A stretch of 64,000 bases of DNA from Amoebidium appalachense (Eukaryota > Protista > Ichthyosporea), in NCBI GenBank assembly GCA_963693365.1, contig CAVNZM010000004.1, forward strand, positions 11,560,468 through 11,624,467, read 5' to 3'. Each line of letters opens with the position of its first letter. The stretch's first letter is position 1. The notes beneath the pieces are model-generated. The model saw nothing but the letters and a program-made list of their open reading frames with translations. It made no database searches and was not told the origin of the DNA. This document shows, in pieces, positions 13,325-53,102 of the stretch. Made by a program: the position numbers and the translations under genes.

Positions 13325-14509
13325 ATGGCACATGCCTATAATCGTTTCAGAACCTCTTTCAAAGTTCCATCTACACCCATCACACATGTGCGACCATTAA
13401 AACGTCCAGCAGATACACCTACCACAGATGCACAACCAGAAAAACATCGCCTTAGACTAAGCGCAACACCTATTTACAATACACTACCCATTCAGAATAA
13501 CACCACACCACTCCGTAGAAACACAATAACAACCATGCCGAAACTTTCGGTTGATACAGTACTGGCAGAACTTGCCCTCGTTAAGAAACAGCTAAATGAG
13601 CTGTTACCACTCAAGAACATGATAGAAAAACTCCAAACAGAAAATACCCAACTCAAGCTCACCATTGATTCACTCACAGCCCAGCTAAACATTAGTGGAT
13701 CGCAAAACCCCAAAACTCATGAGCAAACATCTCGCGACGGAGACATTTCCACCCCAACACAAAACAACACAGGACCGGAAGCACAGCTCCCGGCAGAGTT
13801 CCTAGAATATGCGAACTCTCGTAAAACACCCGAGCTCCGCCAAATTGCCAAGGAAACATATGCCAGCATTCTTGCAGGCAACGAGTACCGCCGCAACTCC
13901 CCTTCCAAACCGCCGGCTAAGGGGAACACCCAAGCAAACGGTAACATCAACATCCCACCCAAATACGAGAGGGTGTATTTCAAAGTCAAGCACGGCAGAC
14001 GCCCACACAGGGCCATGTGGTCCATCTTCAAGGCTCTCGGCTTCCGGTGCTCTCGCATCCTTTGTCTGTCCTTCATTGGATACGATGTGCTGGAAGTAGC
14101 AGTACGGGGCGACTATAACCGTGCGTTCATCCGTGACGCGACAAAGGGGTGTGGAAGCTTCTTCACCCACCTCCCAAACTACGACCCATGCGCGCCGGAA
14201 AACATTCAGAAAGCAGACAAAGAACGTAAAGTGTCTGCTAAGAATGCGTGCGCCACACGTTGTCGTGTACGCATCAGCAAGGCAAAAGAGTTCCTCGCAA
14301 AGTTGGAAAACGATGCTACGAGCGTGATAGACACGGACACGAAGGAACCAATGTTTTCTGGTGAGAAACTGCTCGAGCGCAAACGCCGATGCGAGATGGA
14401 AATCGAGCTCTTCTGCGAACTGTTCGCGCTGGCGGAAGGTCGTGCATACGACCCCGTAAGCGACAAGTGGGAACCAACCCCACAGGTGTCGGACCAAACC
14501 GATGCCTAA
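13325..14509 (+). CDS. Retrotransposon ORF1 (coiled coil + putative RNA-binding domain), 394 aa
   Basis: Heptad coiled coil (VLAELALVKKQLNELLPLKNMIEKLQTENTQLKLTIDSL), YASIL motif and a globular segment (RVYFKV..FKALGF..RILCLSFIG..VLEVAV..YDP). It lies directly upstream of the APE-RT ORF. No CCHC knuckle is visible. Confidence 0.8.
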   Translation: MAHAYNRFRTSFKVPSTPITHVRPLKRPADTPTTDAQPEKHRLRLSATPIYNTLPIQNNTTPLRRNTITTMPKLSVDTVLAELALVKKQLNELLPLKNMIEKLQTENTQLKLTIDSLTAQLNISGSQNPKTHEQTSRDGDISTPTQNNTGPEAQLPAEFLEYANSRKTPELRQIAKETYASILAGNEYRRNSPSKPPAKGNTQANGNINIPPKYERVYFKVKHGRRPHRAMWSIFKALGFRCSRILCLSFIGYDVLEVAVRGDYNRAFIRDATKGCGSFFTHLPNYDPCAPENIQKADKERKVSAKNACATRCRVRISKAKEFLAKLENDATSVIDTDTKEPMFSGEKLLERKRRCEMEIELFCELFALAEGRAYDPVSDKWEPTPQVSDQTDA

Positions 14510-17500
14510 TTTATCCTTCTTCTTCTGGAATGCTCGGACACTGGGCCCCCAAAAGGGCCTCCCCCCCGGGACACTCGACGATAAAATCAGCTACATACAA
14601 CAACAGACAAACAACCACACGTTTACAGTGATTTGCGAAACACAGTTTAAAAACCACCACAAATTCAACTCTACATTGGTCGACACATCCACACACCCCG
14701 GTTACGCGAAAAACCGAGGCATTATTGTACTTGCCGCACCACACGTGAGAGTGAAGTGCAAACCGGTAGCAAAAACGGAATTCTCGGTTTCTATAGAGTT
14801 TCTTTCTAATGTTTTTACTTTTGTATATTACCCACCATCTATGTCGGTTGTCGAATTGACTCACGAGTTGTCACAGTTACCAATGTCCACTGTTATTTTA
14901 GGTGATTTTAACACGCGACTCCACCACACAGACACACTGCAAGTGAGTGTCGGGTACCCATCTAAGCCCCCGGAGCGTGCTATCCCTTTAGCAAGGTATG
15001 TCCAAAGTCACACTTTGCGGTTCCCTCAAATATCCCATGCCCACAACACCGACTGGGGAGTGGCCTTTTGGCCATCAACCATGTCAAAACTCTCTCTCCC
15101 TCCTAACCTCTCTAGGTCATCTGACCACTCTCCTATCCTTTTCCTACCTAAGATCTCCCTTGATCTGCTCCCCCCTCCCCCTCCCACCTTTCGCCTCCGT
15201 CTATCCCAGCTTAAGTCACAGTGGGGTAGAGTTGATGTATGTGTATGCTATGCTACGAAACACCCTATATATATGCGCCTATTAGAATCTGCACAAGCCA
15301 GGCCAGATTCACATCTCGTACTAGATACATGCACTAACTTTATTGTTGATGATTTGATAGATCTCGGTGATTATGCTGGCGGTGGTAGGAAGGAATATCC
15401 CGATGCTCTCTTGTTACCAAACACCACTCCCGCTAGACTAGGTGAACCCCTGTCTCAAAAGGAAAGCTTGCGCCGGCTTGCTAGTATGAATCGATTTGGC
15501 CCCCCTGCTCGTATTATTGGTGATACCACTGGAGACCCCCTCATAGACTCTGATAAGTATTTCTCGGAACTGTTTAAAGATAGGACCCCCGCTCAGAAAC
15601 CTATTGTGTGGCCTGTAGACCCATCTATCCCCATAGAATCGATCCTCCCCTTTTTCAGTCCCGATGCCATATGGTCTGTGATATCTAGTTATAGCTCTAG
15701 TAAGTCTTGTGGACCTGATGGACTCCCTGCTGGGTTTCTTAAAATCCTTGTTCCCTCCTACCCACAAAAGGAAAGTGATCGTGCTATTAAACCTGATCTT
15801 ACTATCATGTTAAGCTCTCTCTTTTCTTGGTGTGTTAAATGTGGACATGTCCCGTCATCTTGGTTAGATACCTTAGTGATCCCCATAGTTAAGAAGGACT
15901 CTGAGGGCCCCATATCATCCTTTCGCCCCATTACACTAACCCAGGTTGTTCGTAGATTCTTTGAAGCTTGCTTACTTAGGTTATTTGCACATCACCCTAG
16001 GTTTCAATCTATTCTTCACATACACCCATGCCAATCCGCTTTTCGTAAAAACAATTCATGTTATGTTCAAATAATGGCACTGCACGATTCTATGCAAGTT
16101 GGTGCACAATATGTTGGCTTTATTGATTGGAAAACTGCTTACGATTCTGTCTCCCCTGGTCTCCTATGGGAAAAGCTTGCTGCACGGGGTGTACCACACT
16201 GCATTGGTGTTCTGTTAGAAGCACTCTTGTCTCAAACCTATGGTAGAGCTGTGGTTAATGGGCATCTTTCATATGGTTTTGCTCGTACTAGAGGTCTCTT
16301 GCAGGGTTCATTGCTTAGCCCCTTTTTGTTTAACCTATTTATAGATGATTTGGCTGTCAAGATTTACGCCGAAAACGATGACCCTATTAATAACTTTCCG
16401 CCTGCACTTCTCTATGCTGATGATCTGTCCCTCCTTGCCCGTACCCCTAGACGCCTGCAAAGATTGTTCGATGTAGTGTCAGAGTGGTGCAAGGCAAACC
16501 TTATGATCCTTAACATAGACAAATGTGGTGTTCTTGTACCTGATATAGCTAACAATTTACACACATTTACATTATCATCTAAACCTGTACCTATAGTTCC
16601 AGAATACAAATATCTTGGTGTTCCGGTTGATTCTGTTGGTGTTATGTTTCCCCATATGGTCGAAAAGAGGGTAGAGTTGGCTCGTAAGCGGTTAGCTTTC
16701 TTCTCGGCTAATATTTTTAAAGACACACCCCTCCATCCTTCTATTAGACTTACATTTATTCGCACTTTTGTCTTCCCGGCATGTGAATATGGTTTACCCC
16801 TTCTCGCCGCTTGGATCAAGAAAGAGAGAACTAGAGCGCTTAAACCCTTGGCAAATTTCCTTGAAGCAGAAGTTGCCTCCTTTCTATCTAACAACTGTTG
16901 TAAACCTGGGCCTGTAACGCTCTCGATATATGGTCTGGTCCCAATAGCTGCTAGAGTATCCTATCTCGCGCTGAAATTCAATAAGCACATAAGCCGCTTA
17001 AAGAAGTATTTGCCCTCCCACCCTCTCTTCTCTATCCGACCTGTCCCCTCCTCACCTCTCCCCTCTTTCCTCCCCTCTCTCTCCCCTTCTCCCCTGGGCA
17101 CAAATACAAATAAACCCCGCAATAGTGTGTGTGTGACTTTGGACTGCCACTTACTTATTAAACATGTACACAATCACAAGATAATCACGCAATATAACAA
17201 ATGGAAAAAGATACCACACGACACTAGACCCGATGAAAGCATACACCTTGAAAAACTAAGCCTTATGTCTCGTTTTATATATACTGACCGCCTCAACCAT
17301 ATTGCCAAATATGGCACTCGCAAGTGTATAACACCTAAATACATATTACCTTCCTGTAGAACTGGTCTTTCTCTAGCTGATGGTATTATTGATCAATTAC
17401 CACGCTTTTACTGTACACGTGCTATACAGTGGAGATCTAATAAGTATAAGGTGGCATCATTTGCATGCCCAAACAACACACACACACACCAGTTTAACCG

Positions 17501-17696
17501 GTCATGTATCGCCAAATGTAGTTTGATAGACCACATAATACCGCAACACACACACGTCACATTCACAACAGACACCCAGAAAGATAGCCTACCTGTAAAT
17601 TACAACATCCTTGATTTTATACTAAACACGCGTAACTACGACCTGTTTATTAGATGTATTGATTGGCTTGAGAAACACATCACTACAAAATTATAG
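14502..17696 (+). CDS. Retrotransposon ORF2: apurinic-like endonuclease + reverse transcriptase, 1064 aa
   Basis: APE motifs WNAR, ICETQ, VYYPP, ILGDFN, SDHSPI. RT motifs KSCGPDG, FRPITL, QSAFR, FIDWKTAYDSV, GLLQGSLLSPFLFNLFIDDL, LLYADD, YKYLG. Cys/His-rich C-terminus (CPNNTHTHQFNRSCIAKC). No stops or frameshifts. Confidence 0.96.
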   Translation: MPNLSFFFWNARTLGPQKGLPPGTLDDKISYIQQQTNNHTFTVICETQFKNHHKFNSTLVDTSTHPGYAKNRGIIVLAAPHVRVKCKPVAKTEFSVSIEFLSNVFTFVYYPPSMSVVELTHELSQLPMSTVILGDFNTRLHHTDTLQVSVGYPSKPPERAIPLARYVQSHTLRFPQISHAHNTDWGVAFWPSTMSKLSLPPNLSRSSDHSPILFLPKISLDLLPPPPPTFRLRLSQLKSQWGRVDVCVCYATKHPIYMRLLESAQARPDSHLVLDTCTNFIVDDLIDLGDYAGGGRKEYPDALLLPNTTPARLGEPLSQKESLRRLASMNRFGPPARIIGDTTGDPLIDSDKYFSELFKDRTPAQKPIVWPVDPSIPIESILPFFSPDAIWSVISSYSSSKSCGPDGLPAGFLKILVPSYPQKESDRAIKPDLTIMLSSLFSWCVKCGHVPSSWLDTLVIPIVKKDSEGPISSFRPITLTQVVRRFFEACLLRLFAHHPRFQSILHIHPCQSAFRKNNSCYVQIMALHDSMQVGAQYVGFIDWKTAYDSVSPGLLWEKLAARGVPHCIGVLLEALLSQTYGRAVVNGHLSYGFARTRGLLQGSLLSPFLFNLFIDDLAVKIYAENDDPINNFPPALLYADDLSLLARTPRRLQRLFDVVSEWCKANLMILNIDKCGVLVPDIANNLHTFTLSSKPVPIVPEYKYLGVPVDSVGVMFPHMVEKRVELARKRLAFFSANIFKDTPLHPSIRLTFIRTFVFPACEYGLPLLAAWIKKERTRALKPLANFLEAEVASFLSNNCCKPGPVTLSIYGLVPIAARVSYLALKFNKHISRLKKYLPSHPLFSIRPVPSSPLPSFLPSLSPSPLGTNTNKPRNSVCVTLDCHLLIKHVHNHKIITQYNKWKKIPHDTRPDESIHLEKLSLMSRFIYTDRLNHIAKYGTRKCITPKYILPSCRTGLSLADGIIDQLPRFYCTRAIQWRSNKYKVASFACPNNTHTHQFNRSCIAKCSLIDHIIPQHTHVTFTTDTQKDSLPVNYNILDFILNTRNYDLFIRCIDWLEKHITTKL

Positions 17697-17697
17697 C

Positions 17698-17700
17698 GCA

Positions 17701-17767
<67 letters not shown>

Positions 17768-17799
17768 CCAGCTGATACCGAGTGTCCCGAGGGGAGCCC

Positions 17800-17858
<59 letters not shown>
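17698..17858 (+). repeat. Retroelement 3'UTR: (CA)n, terminal hairpin and 55-nt poly(A) tail
   Basis: (CA)n at about 17704-17766, AGGGGAGCCCCT at 17790-17801, and an uninterrupted A run at 17804-17858. Confidence 0.9.
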
Positions 17859-17859
<1 letters not shown>

Positions 17860-19248
17860 GGGGAACCCCAACTAATTGATTTCTCCTTGTAGTCTTTATG
17901 GTGTCTCGTAGAGAAAGTAAACCCTGATATATAGTCACCACCCGACATCTATGTACGTGATCATGATATACCGCTGAGGGGATATTCCGAGCAAAACCCC
18001 CCCCCCCCATACCTGAGACTGGTTCTCTTTGCCTCGAGTAAACAGCGTAAACCCCATGACGATATATAGACATAAACCCCAATTGTTATAAAAACACGTT
18101 TATAATATCCTGAATTGAGCAACATCGATTTTTGGGCCCCGGCGGAATGTCATCTGTGGACGCGAGGTAACGGTTGCAGGCGCGCAACAAACAGTCTCGC
18201 CAAGTAAAAATAAAAAAAAGGCACCGCATGTTTCATGGTACATCAGCTGATGTAAAACCGTGAGATATATGTCAAAATAGCGGGTTTTCCTGATAGTATG
18301 TTTCTGGAAGCCTTCTGAACGTATTCCACCACACCAAATCCTGGGCCAGGCTGCAGTCCCAACGGTGCGCGGGACGTTGAAGGTATCATTCGCGCGCTAT
18401 TCATGGTTCATTTTCTGCTTGTTTCAATCAAGAAAACACAGCTGGGAGCACGTTCTGATTCGAATGCACATGCTAAATATACACTTGCATACTCAACCAT
18501 AAATCACGCTACTATAAACCTTTGCTCGCACACACGCACACATGCCCATCGGTATTCTGCTTGACGTAGCTAGAAAATTGCCCTACTGAACACTCACACA
18601 CGGCCACACATGAACGTCACTCGCGACTGTGATCACGTGTGTTGTGTGCCAAGAGCAGATGCGTCACGGTTTGCCGAAAAAAACCACTAAGAAATTGCTC
18701 AAGTCATTCATGTGGCGTCAGAATTGAAACCAGTAAGGGCTATTGAGGCCAAGTCACCTCTCTCCGTTGCTTTGTCTGTTCATCAGGACTGCGAACGCTA
18801 TAATTTTAGCCATGCCCCGTTTGTGACGTCGGCTTCTATAATGCCGAGCCAATTATCATGGCATGGTATTTCTAGGCATCCCATCTGCTTGTTTACCCGT
18901 GCCTGCCCCTTCCCCCCCCCCCCCCCCCCTCCCTCCCACTACCACCACCACCTCCTTCCCCATCTGCAAACCCACTGCTGCTTCGCTACTGTCCCCAATC
19001 ACCTTCCCACCCTCACCTGCGCTCCGCCAAATCAAGCAAATACACACAAGTGCAACTCCAACTCCAGCAGACACAGGCTCCCAACACCCATTACCATGCA
19101 TTCCAAAGAAACCCTGACGTATGCTCTTAGCATCTCTACGTATATACGCAAAAACAAATAGATACAAATAACTATACATCATCAACAAAGTGTTTAGGAA
19201 AGAATGACCCTCGTTGATGATCGATGCTGCCTAAACAGGTGTGTTGTC

Positions 19249-39335
<20,087 letters not shown>

Positions 39336-40429
39336 GGAGCATAGTTTTCATTTTTTGCATTTCGAAGGTTGCTGAGTTTCGAACCATCGTGAGCGCGGCT
39401 TTGATGGTTGATGAGGGTGTTTGACTGAGCTGGAAGGTTTTTGAATGATATTGTGTGCTTCGGATCCAGTGGTGAATGTGCAGTACCTTTTGCGCGAATG
39501 AGCACTCGCCTATGTAGAGAATGGCTTGAAGGTCTAACCGGTTGTCAGAAGGATATTTAGCTGGTGTTTGGTGCCAATATACTTAGATTTCATGGAAGAC
39601 AGGTCTTCAGGTGATTTACATTGTATTAAGCTCCTGCAATCCAATGGTTCATCCTTTAAATTTTCGAACTTGAATCCTATAGTTTGCCTGAAACTTAAAG
39701 AGTCTTAACATGAAAGGGAATATTTAGAGCATGCGAAAGAAAACAAAGTTAGGTTTTGCTACTGCCTTACAGTGTGCTGTTTTGTGTACTTGTGCATGTG
39801 TGTGCACCGGTTTGCACTAGGCCTGTGTGTGTGTGTGTGTATGTGGGTGTGTGTTCAAGAAGTGTGTTTCATTCGTTTGGAAACTCGCATGATTCTTTAA
39901 TAATGGAGTACTGTTTTTATGAAGCTGGCGTTTTGTGCTGTGTAATCTAGAACGGTTTAGCATAATCTAAGTAGATACATATTCCTACTTTTTTTTTTGG
40001 TTTAATAGAAAGCATCTTCGCCACAGCTTGCACATAAAACCTTGCTTGTAACACGCAAGCACCCTTTACTTTGTAGTAGCAATTCCCTGACCGGGAGGCT
40101 TGTTTACCAGACGTGCATGTACTAACGCCCCCTCCCTCCCCCGCCCGCCCCTCTCCCAGCCGTTGGTTTCCCGAACCAGGAAGGACCAGGGCAGGTTGTC
40201 AATAGCCAAGATGGACAGTAACGCTCATGCGGCATGACGTGGCATAGAGAGTGGTCTCGAAAGAAACCCGTACGGTGTGCGCGTGTGGTGCCACTCCGGG
40301 AGCTGTGTGCCGCTGTCTGTCAGTCTGTGTGGTGTGTGTGTTTGTGAGCTCGCGTGTACGTACGCTTGTGTGTGTGCTTGTGTGCGCGTGTGATTGTGCG
40401 CCACGTCACTGGTTGGTGTGCACGAGACT

Positions 40430-40962
40430 AGTAGTGCGAGGTTGCGAACCCTCCGTTTTATTAGACCAATCATGGCTCTGCTTTTTCGCGCCATTTTGGT
40501 TTCCGAACGCGCAGGGTGCAATGGGGTTATTTGTTCTGTAAAGGGGTTCTTTGAAAAATTCTGGTCCCTGCTCTAACACCTTTTGTCCGCATTTACATGT
40601 GGCTCAGAGGAGATGGTCACACGATAGGCTCCCGCCTCTCCCACACAGTTTTTGGACCTGGGCTACTTTCAGCTGGACAGGAAAAGTGAAACGAAAAGTA
40701 GAAAGATGTAATAATTTAGTCAAAGACACACAGAAAAAGGAGTGTCAACAGATATATTTTTTTCTGATAACAAGAATAGTGAATAGCACAGAATCAATTG
40801 TACTCGTGCACAACCAAAATTTTTCTTACGCGTGTAGACCGTTGCAAATCGACTAACGATTAGGTGTGTTCACCCGTTTTTTGCTTATTAGAGCAAACCA
40901 GCACTATTTTAGGACATGGAGATTCTTTGCATATATACCACACCGTGGCTTAGACGCTTGCT
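40430..40962 (+). promoter_or_regulatory. Probable promoter / 5' region of the MSP-ZnF-PIN gene
   Basis: Repeat-free stretch upstream of the ATG at 40963. It contains CCAAT (about 40466) and TTTTCGCGCCATTTTG (about 40483-40498, overlapping E2F-like and YY1-like words). Confidence 0.35.
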
Positions 40963-51290
<10,328 letters not shown>

Positions 51291-51560
51291 TGGTTGTTGG
51301 TTGGTTTGTGGCGTAGTGTTTGTGTTGTGGTGGTTGTATGTAAGGTGGTATAGTTGGTTGGTGCTGTTACGCTGATTGTTACGTGCACATGTAGTACACA
51401 TTCACACTTGGCCCCCACACAGGCACAAACACATACACGCGTGTGCACGCACACTCAAACACATACACAGGCACACAAACGCATGCATGCACGTGAGTTC
51501 CCGTGCATGCACGTGCGTGTCTGTACGCACACGCGCGGGCATACACACGCGTGCGCACAC

Positions 51561-51643
<83 letters not shown>

Positions 51644-52309
51644 TACATACACACAGTGGTTCACGCACAAATATACACACAATTAGACAATGTTTTTTGG
51701 GGCTAGGAAAAGTAGGTTTCACAGATCCACTGATGGAAGTCTATAATAGACGAATGCTCTTAGATTGATGTGGCTCTGATATATGGTGGTAACTTCTTAT
51801 TGGATTCGGTTTCAATTGGTCGAATGATTCGAATGTTGTCGTCTTTGTACGTACCGTGTATGGTCTACACAAAATGAATGCAGCTGTGCTAAGATTGTTT
51901 GACATATTAAATGCCATAGATTGTATTGATGATGATGCCTTTTATCCTTTTTACGAAGTGTCATACTATGGTTTAGTTTTCTACTCCTGCCAATTGTAAA
52001 GTGCCTTAGTAGGGTTTCGCACTCAAGAGTCGTCGGAGCATTGATATGCCCCTCTGTCAGGGTGGGGTGACGAATCCCACGAATCAATAAGATGGCGAAG
52101 AGCTGGCTCACTTCCACAGAATCGAATTCAACCCCCCCCCCCCCCCCCCCCCCCCCCCACCCACCCCACTTCTCTCCCTCCGCCCTTTCCCCTCCCCCCA
52201 GCCGCACGTGGCGCAATAATACTGCGCAAGGGTTTGTGCATACGCATATGGTGCTGAAATCATCGATCCGGAACATCATGATGGAGTATAGCAGCACGAC
52301 CGAGACTTA

Positions 52310-52330
52310 AGTGTGTTTGTGCGCACGTGT

Positions 52331-52371
<41 letters not shown>

Positions 52372-52411
52372 TTGAAAGTTTGTGTGTGCACGTGATGATG
52401 TGTGTTTGTGT

Positions 52412-52450
<39 letters not shown>

Positions 52451-52490
52451 TTGAAAGTTTGTGTGTGCACGTGATGATGTGTGTTTGTGT

Positions 52491-52535
<45 letters not shown>

Positions 52536-52564
52536 GTGTGTGTGTGTGTGTGTGCACGTGATGA

Positions 52565-52625
<61 letters not shown>

Positions 52626-52666
52626 AAATGAAGTACTGTAATTTTGGTTTTTTTTTTTTGTTTGTT

Positions 52667-52715
<49 letters not shown>

Positions 52716-52818
52716 GGCGACGGGGAGCGGCGTGCACGTGTGCAGTCACTTGAGCGTGCACATGACATTGTGTCGGACAGCCTGCGGGTGAGCGCACGTG
52801 CGTGTGTGACACTGTGAC

Positions 52819-52913
<95 letters not shown>

Positions 52914-53007
52914 ACAGTGACTGTGTGTGTGTGTGTGTGTGTGTAACAATGTCATGTGTGTGTGTGTGTGTGCACGTGTGTGCACGTGTGTGTGTATGTG
53001 TGTGTAT

Positions 53008-53038
<31 letters not shown>

Positions 53039-53067
53039 CACTTGTGTAGGCGTGTGACACTTTTTTT

Positions 53068-53100
<33 letters not shown>
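52310..53100. repeat. Compound (GT)n satellite with a duplicated unit of about 80 bp
   Basis: CTTGAAAGTTTGTGTGTGCACGTGATGATGTGTGTTTG at about 52371 and 52450, plus a partial third copy near 52555, all embedded in (GT)n. Confidence 0.85.

Positions 53101-53102
<2 letters not shown>

Larger units (their letters stand above)
13310..17858 (+). mobile_element. Apparently full-coding non-LTR (LINE-type, APE-RT) retrotransposon
   Basis: Two intronless ORFs in an otherwise intron-dense region, a short 3'UTR with (CA)n and a GGGGAGCCCC hairpin, poly(A) at 17804-17858, and CGGGGAAC at 13302-13309 and 17859-17866. The 5' boundary depends on that candidate TSD. Confidence 0.93.

Noticed and set aside
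13250-13325. HDV-like or hammerhead ribozyme at the LINE 5' end
   Set aside because: I could not build the P1/P2/P3 nested pseudoknot or find a CUGANGA..GAAA core. Only short hairpins are present.
13802-14497. 231-aa antisense ORF in LINE ORF1 (and 16412-16894 in ORF2)
   Set aside because: No recognisable motifs. These are typical shadow ORFs opposite a real coding frame.
40040-40275. SRP-RNA-like or other ncRNA (TGTAA hairpin, CCAGGAAGG..GCAGG, GAAA-loop hairpin)
   Set aside because: The helix-8 and Alu motifs do not match properly. An Infernal search would be needed, and there is no support by eye.
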